In this document: piece after piece, positions 55,232 to 64,000 of the stretch
Position numbering within the stretch: the first letter of the stretch is position 1
Layout: each line of letters begins with the position of its first letter
Assembly (NCBI GenBank): GCA_030651475.1
Contig: JAUSEW010000027.1
Span: 109,614-173,613, forward strand
Direction: 5' to 3'
DNA length: 64,000 nucleotides
Source of the DNA: Candidatus Levyibacteriota bacterium
GTDB lineage: Bacteria; Patescibacteriota; Microgenomatia; Levybacterales; UBA12049
Notes under the pieces: generated by a model
Databases searched by the model: none
What the model saw: only the letters and a program-made list of their open reading frames with translations
Told to the model about the DNA's origin: nothing
Translations under genes and position numbers: made by a program

Positions 55232-56880
55232 TTTTAAAATTTAAAAAGAAGCTGTTAGATATTTACTTAAGTTTTACTAATTGGATATTGGAAAACAAAT
55301 TTCTCTTTTGTGTTTTAATAGTTTATGCAATATCAATGCTAACTGTTATCGATTGGGGCATACCGGGGATAGATCACCCATTTAATTATCAAATGGATGA
55401 ATGGCATCAACTTCAAGCGATAAAGACGACGTTTAAAGACTTTTCCGCAAATGTTCCGGGATCTGCTCATGGAACCATGTTGCATTTTATCCTATCAGGA
55501 CTATATCTTGCTCCATTTTATCTAGCTAAAATAATTAACCCTTTTACCATCAAGTCTTCCGTTGAATTCTTGCAGGTCCAGCAAAAACTTTTTGAAATTC
55601 TAAGATTAAATACTCTTATTTTTGGCTTGCTTTCTATATTTTTTATCGCAAAGGTTGCAAGGGAGCATCTCAAAATGAATCAAAATATAGTAATAATTTT
55701 GTTTGCGGTTACTCCTTTATGGATGTCTCTTAGCAATTACTTTAAGTACGATATTGCACTAGTATTTTGGATAATTATATCCTTGCATTATTTGTTAAAA
55801 TTCGGATCAAAACCGACGTTGCAAAATTATTTACTTGCCGGAGTTTTTTGCTCCCTGGCCGTTGCTACTAAAATTAGCGCTTTGCCACTACTTATTCCCT
55901 ATATTCTTTCCTTCTTCTGGTTTAACAAAAAATTGAAGTTAACGGGACTTTTAATTGGATTATTAATTTTCTTTATAATTTTCATTTTTTTGGGTATTCC
56001 GGATTTGATATTAGGGAAAGGTAATTGGAGTGAATTTCTATATTCAAATTTGACTTCCAGTTCAAGCGCATATGGCAATCTCCTGACAGGGTTTAATAGC
56101 TGGTGGCAATATATACTGCTCAAAATCTTTCCTATGGATTTTGGTTATGGATTTTTTATCATATTTGTAATTGGAATACTCTATTGGATAATTTTATTCC
56201 TGAAGAGGGTTTTCAATAAGAGACAATATTTATATAAAAATGAATTTTTTTTGCTATTTTGTTTTTTGTTATTTTTACTCAGTATAATTCCCTTAAAGCT
56301 TGGAGCTAATGGCAATAGACTGTTGGTTTTGTTGCCCTTTTTCGCTCTTCTTTCGGGTGCCTTTTTGCAAAGAATAAAAAACACTTTAATCAATTATAAA
56401 TCAATATTAACCACGCTATTCATGCTAATTTTTACAATCCAATTCTATCAGTCAATAATAACGGTTTACGTTAAATGGTTGCCGGATGTAAGACAGATAT
56501 CTTCTCAATGGATAGAAAAAAATATAGAAAAGGGTACATTAATCGGCATAGAAAATATTCCCATATATCAATTGTTACCAGATATTGTCGTTAAGGATTT
56601 TTATTCAAAAGACAGAAGTTATGACTATCAAATAATTGATGCATCAAGTAAGACTATCCCGTCACTAGTAATTGTGACAGGTAAAGAGCTTGATCTTAAT
56701 TATCTTAAAGTATCAGCTAAAAAACGATTACTAAGAAGATTGATGGAAGAAGAATATAAGCAGATAATGGAATTTTATCCGCCTAAAATTTTATACTTAT
56801 TCGCAGGAAATGAACTGAATTATTCTATTTCAGGTTTAGCTCCAATATCTACGATATCGATATTTAAAAAAGATAAATGA
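55225..56880 (+). CDS. GT-C / family 39-like membrane glycosyltransferase
   Basis: WG.P...HP...MDE, Y.KYD, G....LA.ATK; many TM segments. Confidence 0.7.
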   Translation: MVILKFKKKLLDIYLSFTNWILENKFLFCVLIVYAISMLTVIDWGIPGIDHPFNYQMDEWHQLQAIKTTFKDFSANVPGSAHGTMLHFILSGLYLAPFYLAKIINPFTIKSSVEFLQVQQKLFEILRLNTLIFGLLSIFFIAKVAREHLKMNQNIVIILFAVTPLWMSLSNYFKYDIALVFWIIISLHYLLKFGSKPTLQNYLLAGVFCSLAVATKISALPLLIPYILSFFWFNKKLKLTGLLIGLLIFFIIFIFLGIPDLILGKGNWSEFLYSNLTSSSSAYGNLLTGFNSWWQYILLKIFPMDFGYGFFIIFVIGILYWIILFLKRVFNKRQYLYKNEFFLLFCFLLFLLSIIPLKLGANGNRLLVLLPFFALLSGAFLQRIKNTLINYKSILTTLFMLIFTIQFYQSIITVYVKWLPDVRQISSQWIEKNIEKGTLIGIENIPIYQLLPDIVVKDFYSKDRSYDYQIIDASSKTIPSLVIVTGKELDLNYLKVSAKKRLLRRLMEEEYKQIMEFYPPKILYLFAGNELNYSISGLAPISTISIFKKDK

Positions 56881-56915
56881 ACATTATTAGCCATAAGGAT
56901 ATATAATTGTAAAAT

Positions 56916-58154
56916 ATGGGGTATTCGAAGCAAGCTATTATCGGAATTTCATGGATTGGGGCTTTTAGGGTGTTTTCCAGATTGATAGCCTTTTTAAGAG
57001 TTGTTGTTTTAGCCAGACTGCTTGTTCCTTCGCAGTTCGGTGTGTTTGGTATTGTTACGATGGCTCTTGCCCTTTTGGAAATATTGACAGAGACTGGGAT
57101 AAACATATTTCTAGTGCAAGAAAAAAAAGGTATAGATTCATATATAAACGATGCTTGGTTTGTATCTATAGTTAGGGGGTTATTAATTACTATTTTTATA
57201 ATTTTAACGGCTCCTTTTGTTGTTTCATTTTTTAAAATTCCTCAATCTTATGGTCTTATGCTGTTAATTAGCGTAGTTCCCCTCATAAGGGGATTTATAA
57301 ATCCGTCAATAGTTAAATATCAAAAAAATTTGCAATTTAATAAAGAATTTTTTTTGAGAACAGCAATATTCTGTTTTGATTCGCTGGTTGCGATTGTAGT
57401 GTCTTTGATTACTCGAAGCGCCATAGGTTTAGTTTTTGGGCTGATAGCAGGATCTATTCTTGAAGTAATTTTGTCGTTTATATTAATCAAACCTACGCCA
57501 CGCATACAATTTAATCTTCAAAAAATTAGCAAGATATTTCATAGGGGTAAGTGGGTAACATTATATGGAATTTTAAATTTCGCTGCTTCAAAAGGGGACA
57601 GTATCATTATAGGAAGAGCGCTTGGGTCAGGTCCACTAGGAATTTACCAAATGGGATACACGATTTCTACAATGCCGGTTAGCGAGGTATCAGATGTAGT
57701 AAATAAGGTAACGTTTCCTGTCTATTCAAAAATATCGGAGGACGTTGTTAGATTGAAGAAGGGGTTTATAAAGACCATTTTGTTTGTTTCTGCTATTTCC
57801 GTCTTGGTGGGTACAGTGATATTTTTCTTTCCAAAAGAATTATTCGTTTTGATATTTGGTCAGAAATGGGCAGATACAATGATTGTATTGAAACCGCTAG
57901 CGGCATATGGAGTTGTCAGAGCGATTACAGGTACTACTTCCTCATTGTTTTTATCGCTAGGAAAACAGAATTACGTTGCGGGAATAACGTCTATAAGATT
58001 TCTTGCGTTAATTATTACAATTGTACCCTTAACTCTTGCATATGGCATAGTAGGTTCTAGTATTTCAGTTCTCTTGTCCGGAATTGCAGAATTGCCGTTG
58101 GTTATTTATTACATGGTATCTATATTTAAGTCAAATAACAAGGAGATAGGATAG
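56916..58154 (+). CDS. Wzx/WzxC-like polysaccharide flippase
   Basis: LARLL.P..FG, D.IIIGR.LG...LGIY, V.FP.YSK, FG.KW; about 12 TM segments. Confidence 0.88.
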   Translation: MGYSKQAIIGISWIGAFRVFSRLIAFLRVVVLARLLVPSQFGVFGIVTMALALLEILTETGINIFLVQEKKGIDSYINDAWFVSIVRGLLITIFIILTAPFVVSFFKIPQSYGLMLLISVVPLIRGFINPSIVKYQKNLQFNKEFFLRTAIFCFDSLVAIVVSLITRSAIGLVFGLIAGSILEVILSFILIKPTPRIQFNLQKISKIFHRGKWVTLYGILNFAASKGDSIIIGRALGSGPLGIYQMGYTISTMPVSEVSDVVNKVTFPVYSKISEDVVRLKKGFIKTILFVSAISVLVGTVIFFFPKELFVLIFGQKWADTMIVLKPLAAYGVVRAITGTTSSLFLSLGKQNYVAGITSIRFLALIITIVPLTLAYGIVGSSISVLLSGIAELPLVIYYMVSIFKSNNKEIG

Positions 58155-59260
58155 TGAAAATTGCAGTATTCCATGAACTATCTTTTGGAGGGGCAAAAAG
58201 AGCATGCTACGAGCTTAGCAAAAAGCTTAGTAAAAAGTTTAATGTTGACCTGTATTATGTTGATATAGAGAAAGATAAGGAAGTAAAAAAGTATTTTCGA
58301 AATGTATATTATTATAATTTTTTGCCAAAACACTGGATAGGAAATGATTGGAAGAGCAGGTTGTATAAGGATACAATTGAGCTGTTTAATCTATATAAAC
58401 TTCACAAGAGAATAGCAAAGGATATATCTTTAAGAAGATACGATTGTGTTATTGTCCATCCATCAAGATATACTCAAGCCCCCTTCATCCTTAGATTTTT
58501 GGTTTGTCCCACTATATATTTTTGTCAGGAGCCATTAAGGATTGTTTACGATAAACACATAAATCAAATGCCATCTATGTCTTTTTACGAAAAATTATAC
58601 GAAGCTATCAATAGAAAGATACGTAAGATAATTGACAAGTCAAATATTGGAAAAGCAGACATGATTTTAGTTAATTCTCTCTTTTCAGAAGACTGGGTAA
58701 GAGCTTCTTACGATTTACAATCAGAAATTTGTTATTTAGGAGTGGATGAAGAAAAGTTTAAACCGCTTAATCTTAAAAAGGAATACGATTTGCTTTTTTT
58801 TGGGAGCAAGAATAAGCTTGGTGGCTATGATTTATTAAATGAAGCCGTAAGGTTATTTAAGATAGAGCCAATAATAAAAATAATAATAAAAGACTTAGGC
58901 GAAAAGGATAGGGTATCGGACAAAGAACTTGTCAGAGAGTATAATAAGTCAAAAATAATTTTGGCGTTAAGCCGCAATGAACCATTTGGCTTGACTGTCT
59001 TGGAAGCAATGGCAAGCGGTGTGCCCGTTATAGCTATTAACGAAGGAGGTTTTGCTGAATCAGTTGTGGATGGAAAAACAGGATTATTGGTAAGTAGGAA
59101 TGCCATAAGTTTACGTGATGCAATTAGGAGTCTTCTTAGCGACAACAACTTAAGATTAAGTATGGGAAATCAAGCAAGAGAAAATATTGCGTTAAATTGG
59201 ACATGGGAAAAAAGCGTTGAAAAATTAGAGGAATATATAAAAATATTAACTAAAAAATGA
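58154..59260 (+). CDS. Glycosyltransferase family 4
   Basis: GGAKR, NS.FS, GVD...F.P, EPFGLTVLEAMASGVPVIA...GG..E.V.DG.TG. Confidence 0.92.
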   Translation: MKIAVFHELSFGGAKRACYELSKKLSKKFNVDLYYVDIEKDKEVKKYFRNVYYYNFLPKHWIGNDWKSRLYKDTIELFNLYKLHKRIAKDISLRRYDCVIVHPSRYTQAPFILRFLVCPTIYFCQEPLRIVYDKHINQMPSMSFYEKLYEAINRKIRKIIDKSNIGKADMILVNSLFSEDWVRASYDLQSEICYLGVDEEKFKPLNLKKEYDLLFFGSKNKLGGYDLLNEAVRLFKIEPIIKIIIKDLGEKDRVSDKELVREYNKSKIILALSRNEPFGLTVLEAMASGVPVIAINEGGFAESVVDGKTGLLVSRNAISLRDAIRSLLSDNNLRLSMGNQARENIALNWTWEKSVEKLEEYIKILTKK

Positions 59261-61485
59261 AAATAAAACTATCGGTCATTTACGTTTATTACAACACGCC
59301 AGAGGAATTAAGCGCATCCATTAAATCTTTGGAGCAAGCCTGCGCAGAAATATCCTACGAAGTGGTCATTGTAGACAATAATTCCCCAAAAAGCATTACC
59401 GAAGAGATCTACAATAGGCCTAATTTAAGAATCATTAAGAATAAAGTTAATTGCGGATATGGCAAAGGATTAAATCAGGGTGCCAGCGTAGCGAAAGGGG
59501 AATATCTGCTTTTGGCAAATCCAGATGTGAAGTTTGCGGCAAATTCGATAAAATATCTTTTAGGCAAAATGGAAAGCAATTCAAAGATTGGAGTAATTGC
59601 CCCTCAATTAATAGGCGAGAAGGAAAATATTCTGCAAAGTATTAGCGGTATGCCTTACTTGTCCCAGAGTTTATTTGCATTTTCATTTTTAGGTAAAATA
59701 TGGCGCAAAAATCCGTTTTCTGCCAAATATCACAATATAAATCTTGATAGGAACAAAGAACAGGAAGTAGATGTGGTTGGTGGAGCATGCATGATGGTTA
59801 AGAAATCTATATTCGATAAAGTTGGTGGCTTCGATGAAAGATTTTTTATGTATTTCGAAGAGGCTGACTTTTGTTTCCGAATAAAAAAAATGGGATATAA
59901 AATATTATATTTTCCGAAAACAAAAGCAACACATTCAGTAGGGAGAAGTACGCAAGATAAGGCGTGGATAGAAAAAACATTTGAACAAAGCAGATTCAAG
60001 TTTTTTAAAAAATATCACGGTTTAATCCCTGCCTTATTGGGAGAGTTCGCTTTGAGATTTTTTAAACCGGCAAATATTTTATTACTAACGATATTAGCTC
60101 TTTCCGCTTTTCTGAATTTATATAAATTAAATGAGCAAATGATTTTTATAGGTGATCAGGGATGGTTTTACTTATCGGCAAGAGACATGATTTTATCGGG
60201 CAACATTCCCCTGGTTGGAATTACGTCCAGTCATACTTGGCTGCATCAAGGGCCATTGTGGACATATTTACTTGCTTTAATATTATGGATCTCTAGTTAC
60301 AATCCTCTTTCCGGGGGCTATTTTACGGCTCTATTGGGCGTAATTACCGTAGTTTTCGTATACAAGCTAGGAAAGGAAATGTTTTCAAAAAGAGTAGGCT
60401 TAATTTCTGCTTTATTATATGCAACATCCCCGTTGATTATTATTAATTCTCAAATGCCATACCATACGAGTCCAATTCCCTTACTAACTCTGGGTTTAAT
60501 TAATTCAGTTTTTAAATGGATAAAAGGAGATGTACGCTTTTTTCCCATAACTATTCTTTTTATGGCATTATTATATAATTTTGAGCTTGCAACGCAGATA
60601 TTCTGGTTTCCAACTGGGTTTATTTTTATCGTAGGCTTTATGGGAAAAAAACAATGGGCTAAAGCTGTGTTGAGAACAGGAATTTTACTTACATCTTTAG
60701 CTCTTTTTATCTTGCCGATGATTCCAATTCTTATTTATGATATTAATCATAAATTTGCGCAAACTTTAAAATTTTTCATATGGATACAGTATAGAACATT
60801 TAGTCAGTTATTGAATTTTAAAAATACATTCCTATTAAGCAAATCGCAAGAGTTCTTCTCTTCTATGATTAATTTCTTTTCAGTTAATTATCAGCAACTT
60901 ATTTTTGCACAAAGTAATTTAGTATCATTACTTATTTTATCTTTAAGTATTGTAGGTATAACGTTTTATTTATTAAAGAATAGAAATGTAAACAATCTTT
61001 TTTCTCCAATCAGCCTATTAATAATATTTATTATTATTCCTTCAGTGGGATTTTTTCTTAACATGACGGCTTCAGGTGCATATCTTCCTATATTTTTCCC
61101 GAGTGTAATTATTATTACGGCGTGGATGCTTGATGGAATAATGCATAGGAAATATTTGTTTTTTCCTATTTTGGTTTTAGTTTTTTATATTGCAGCGTTA
61201 AACACTTTGTTCGTTTTAGATAAGGCTAAAAGTAAACCTGCTTATGGTATTTATTTTTCGGAGAGGTTAAATGCTGTAAAAACAATATTGAAAGAAACCA
61301 ATGGGGAAGATTATGGAATAAAAGGAAATGGTTCCGGAAGTCAGTTTGAAAGCTTTACGATGAATTATGAATATCTTACCTGGTGGTTGGGTAAGCCTCC
61401 ATCAAAAAATTCAGCAAAAAATCTATTCATAATCAGCGAGAGTAAAGATGGGATTGTTGTAGATAAAAAAATAATTAATAAATAA
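59257..61485 (+). CDS. Fusion of a soluble GT2 domain and a GT-C (family 39-like) membrane domain
   Basis: N-terminal VDNNS, N.GYG.G.NQG, NPD, GACMM, FDE.FFMYFEE.D; C-terminal F.GDQG..YL.A, PL.G..SS, GP...Y and many TM segments. Confidence 0.85.
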   Translation: MKIKLSVIYVYYNTPEELSASIKSLEQACAEISYEVVIVDNNSPKSITEEIYNRPNLRIIKNKVNCGYGKGLNQGASVAKGEYLLLANPDVKFAANSIKYLLGKMESNSKIGVIAPQLIGEKENILQSISGMPYLSQSLFAFSFLGKIWRKNPFSAKYHNINLDRNKEQEVDVVGGACMMVKKSIFDKVGGFDERFFMYFEEADFCFRIKKMGYKILYFPKTKATHSVGRSTQDKAWIEKTFEQSRFKFFKKYHGLIPALLGEFALRFFKPANILLLTILALSAFLNLYKLNEQMIFIGDQGWFYLSARDMILSGNIPLVGITSSHTWLHQGPLWTYLLALILWISSYNPLSGGYFTALLGVITVVFVYKLGKEMFSKRVGLISALLYATSPLIIINSQMPYHTSPIPLLTLGLINSVFKWIKGDVRFFPITILFMALLYNFELATQIFWFPTGFIFIVGFMGKKQWAKAVLRTGILLTSLALFILPMIPILIYDINHKFAQTLKFFIWIQYRTFSQLLNFKNTFLLSKSQEFFSSMINFFSVNYQQLIFAQSNLVSLLILSLSIVGITFYLLKNRNVNNLFSPISLLIIFIIIPSVGFFLNMTASGAYLPIFFPSVIIITAWMLDGIMHRKYLFFPILVLVFYIAALNTLFVLDKAKSKPAYGIYFSERLNAVKTILKETNGEDYGIKGNGSGSQFESFTMNYEYLTWWLGKPPSKNSAKNLFIISESKDGIVVDKKIINK

Positions 61486-61486
61486 G

Positions 61487-62239
61487 ATGACAAGCGCAGT
61501 AGTTCTTACTAAAAATGAAGAAAATAACATTATTGATTGTTTGGAATCATTGAGTTGGTGTGATGAGATAATCGTTGTGGATGATTTTTCTCAAGATAGA
61601 ACGATTGAAATTATCAATAGCTTGAAAAATAAAAAAATTGCAGTTTTTAGACACGCTTTAAATGAAAATTATTCCAAACAGCGAAATTTTGGTTTATCGA
61701 AGGCAAAATATGAATGGATATTATTTGTTGACGCAGATGAAAGAATTCCTTTGTCTCTTAGAGACGAAATATTAAAAGCTACAAGCAGAAGAGATAACTA
61801 TGATGGTTATTTTATAAAAAGAAAAGATTTTATATGGGGAAAAGAATTAAGATATGGCGAAACAGGAAATATTAAGCTTTTAAGGTTGGTAAAGAAAGGT
61901 AAGGGAGAATGGAGCGGTCACGTACATGAAAGATGGGAGACGGAAGGAGCAGTCGGGCAACTTAATTTTTCCTTGATGCATTATCCTCACCAAACTATTA
62001 CGGAGTTTCTAAGAGAGATAAATTTTTATACGGAGATAAAGGCAAAAGAATTATTCGATAGTGGTATAAAAACTTCGTGGTTATCGATTATCTTATATCC
62101 GAAAGCTAAATTTATCCTAAATTATTTTTTAAGATTAGGTTTTTTAGACGGCATACAAGGATTAATAGTGGCCATTTTTATGAGTTTTCATTCCTTCCTA
62201 GTTAGGAGTAAGTTATGGAAACTGCGGCAAGAAAAATAG
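61487..62239 (+). CDS. GT2 glycosyltransferase (WaaE/KdtX-like)
   Basis: LTKNEE.NI..CLESL.WCDEIIVVDD.S.D.T, QRNFG, W.LFVDADER, VHE, GFLDG..G. Confidence 0.9.
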   Translation: MTSAVVLTKNEENNIIDCLESLSWCDEIIVVDDFSQDRTIEIINSLKNKKIAVFRHALNENYSKQRNFGLSKAKYEWILFVDADERIPLSLRDEILKATSRRDNYDGYFIKRKDFIWGKELRYGETGNIKLLRLVKKGKGEWSGHVHERWETEGAVGQLNFSLMHYPHQTITEFLREINFYTEIKAKELFDSGIKTSWLSIILYPKAKFILNYFLRLGFLDGIQGLIVAIFMSFHSFLVRSKLWKLRQEK

Positions 62240-63831
62240 CTATTTCTATTATGTTTACAATTGCCGTTTCAATAGGAATCTACTCATATCTTATTTTCAC
62301 TTTGGGACTACTGGGACTTTTGTATAGGGAAAGCGTTATTATTTTTTCGTTATTGTACGCTGCGGTTGTAGTATTAGCTTACAAAAGAAAAATAATTTAT
62401 ACTCTTAAGTTAATCCGTATCGGAAAAACTCCTAACGTAAATTTTGGTTTTGTATTAATTACATTAATTGTTTCTCTTGCACTGGTAAATTTAATAGGAG
62501 CTTTTGGTCCAGAGTTGGGATTTGACGCTTTATGGTACCACCTAACCTTGCCAAAAATTTATCTAGTAAATCATGATATTCTACATATTCCTGGTGGACT
62601 TTTATATTATTCCAGCATGCCAAAACTCACAGAGATGATATATGTCGGAGCGTTATCTTTTGGGAATGAACTAGTAGTAAAATTAGTACATTTTTCGTTT
62701 GGAATAATCTCGCTTATAGCATTGTATAATCTCTCAAGAAATTTTCTCAATAAGACATATTCCCTCATAACGGTTTTGATTTTTTACAGTAATTTAGTGG
62801 TGGCGTGGCAGTCGACAACTGCTTATATTGATCTTGCTAGAACCTTTTTTGAAATAATGGCATTGTTTGGTTTTATCAATTGGTGGAAAAGTAAAAATAA
62901 AAAGTGGCTTATGGAATCAGCTGTAATGATGGGACTTGCAATATCTACGAAGCTTCTTGCGATCGGCTCTTTAATAATATTTTCAGCTTTGATTGCATTA
63001 TTCTTTTTCTACCATAAAAGATCTGCCATAAGTTTTGCTAAAAGCCTATCTGTTTATTGGTTTATTTCTTTACTAATTCCTTTACCATGGTTTGTCTTCT
63101 CGTTTATACATACAGGTAATCCTGTTTACCCCTTTTTTACAAATTTATATAAAATTGGCTTAAACTTGCAATTCATAAATCCCTTTATTCACAGATCGGA
63201 TTCTATTTCGATTGTCTATATTATTATTCCGTTTGTTTTTCCCTTTGTTTTTACTAAATTTAAATCAGGAATGAGAATCGTTTCCTTATATTCGATTTTA
63301 GCATTTGCTATTTGGTATTTAACTCCTAAAACCGATTGGGGAAGATTTATAATGCCATATCTTCCGGCTTTTTCCATAGTCTGTTCTGCCATCATATTAA
63401 CAATAAAAAAATATAACTTCTTGAAAAATCTAGCAATAGGATTGGTCATTTTATCGGCCTTAATTACGATGTTTTATAGATTGGTTGCTAGTGCAAAATA
63501 TATTTCGGTAATTCTAGGAATAGAAACAAAAAATAAGTTCTTAACGGATCACCTCAATTTTTCATTTGGAGATTTTTACGATACTGACGGGTATTTTTCA
63601 AAAAATATAACACGAAATAATAAAGTGCTTTTATACGGATTTCACAATCTATATTATGTAGATTTTCCATTCATAGATTCATCATGGGTTAAAAAGGGAG
63701 ACGTTTTTGATTATATAGCGGTTCAAAATTCAGTGATTCCCAAAAGATTTTCGTATTGGAATCTCGTATACTACAACAAGAAGACCAACGTAAAGCTTTA
63801 TTCTTTAGGGGGGCAAAAATGGGTTTATTGA
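62215..63831 (+). CDS. GT-C-like multi-TM membrane protein
   Basis: P...FDALWYHL.LPK.Y, AYID, G.A..TK, PW......TGNPVYPF, RF..P. Confidence 0.75.
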   Translation: METAARKIAISIMFTIAVSIGIYSYLIFTLGLLGLLYRESVIIFSLLYAAVVVLAYKRKIIYTLKLIRIGKTPNVNFGFVLITLIVSLALVNLIGAFGPELGFDALWYHLTLPKIYLVNHDILHIPGGLLYYSSMPKLTEMIYVGALSFGNELVVKLVHFSFGIISLIALYNLSRNFLNKTYSLITVLIFYSNLVVAWQSTTAYIDLARTFFEIMALFGFINWWKSKNKKWLMESAVMMGLAISTKLLAIGSLIIFSALIALFFFYHKRSAISFAKSLSVYWFISLLIPLPWFVFSFIHTGNPVYPFFTNLYKIGLNLQFINPFIHRSDSISIVYIIIPFVFPFVFTKFKSGMRIVSLYSILAFAIWYLTPKTDWGRFIMPYLPAFSIVCSAIILTIKKYNFLKNLAIGLVILSALITMFYRLVASAKYISVILGIETKNKFLTDHLNFSFGDFYDTDGYFSKNITRNNKVLLYGFHNLYYVDFPFIDSSWVKKGDVFDYIAVQNSVIPKRFSYWNLVYYNKKTNVKLYSLGGQKWVY

Positions 63832-64000
63832 AAACATTTTTCATTATATTTATTTTTTTTCTGTTTCCTTTGGGAGAAATCGCTAGATATCAATTTGGTA
63901 ACGGTATATCAGTAACTGGTATTGACATAGGAACATTATTATTAATTGTTGTTTGGTTAACGGTAAACATTATTCGTAGGAAAGAAAAGCGAATTCTTAA
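63819..64000 (+). CDS. Start of a membrane protein (possibly O-antigen ligase/Wzy-like), 3'-truncated by the window edge
   Basis: ATG 63819 overlaps the previous stop; frame is open to the end (MGLLKTFFIIFIFFLFPLGEIARYQFG...). The product call is a guess. Confidence 0.55.
   Translation, partial: MGLLKTFFIIFIFFLFPLGEIARYQFGNGISVTGIDIGTLLLIVVWLTVNIIRRKEKRIL

Noticed and set aside
314-63449. Many short antisense or alternative-frame ORFs in the ORF track (e.g. 596-934, 7118-7477, 16468-16884, 26782-27228, 49798-50265)
   Set aside because: They overlap well-supported genes and have no recognisable motifs; treated as shadow ORFs.
1-64000. CRISPR array, rRNA, integrase or transposase
   Set aside because: I saw no regularly spaced 25-45 bp repeats, rRNA-like sequence or recombinase/transposase motifs. 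The short repeats found lack spacer architecture.

Overview
AT-rich bacterial chromosome segment. The gene content and style suggest Patescibacteria/CPR, probably Microgenomates (inference: DUF4012 gene, alpha2-type GlyRS, type-2 IleRS, archaeal-type GlmU, few Shine-Dalgarno sites, extended -10 boxes a few nt before start codons). TAA, TAG and TGA all act as stops. Layout: sugar transferase, DUF4012 and recO; a small defence-like island (truncated Bro-N, DNA MTase, HNH nuclease, PD-(D/E)XK-like protein, PIN protein); glyS; a dcw cluster (mraZ, rsmH, ftsL, ftsI, murE, murC, murA, glmU, glmS, mraY, ftsW, murG, ftsQ, ftsA, ftsZ) interrupted by an amber-broken orphan gene and an antisense B12-radical SAM/glycerol-1-phosphate-dehydrogenase-like fusion; accessory genes; lepB, parB, rpmA, rplU, rodA, ileS; tRNA-Val(CAC); and a >21 kb surface-glycosylation locus rich in GT-C membrane proteins. 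The most striking unexplained signal is a set of tiny repeats sitting in frame inside essential genes: GC-rich mini-palindromes (arm-TCG..GCTC-arm'; TCCCGCG..CGCGGGA) and 7-bp tandem repeats. They include a triply nested copy in glmU and palindromes inserted into heptamer arrays (murG, a GT4 gene). No transposase is present in the window. A vestigial second glyS N-terminus, cut off at a palindrome, precedes the intact glyS. All calls come from reading sequence and motifs by eye; no database searches were run.
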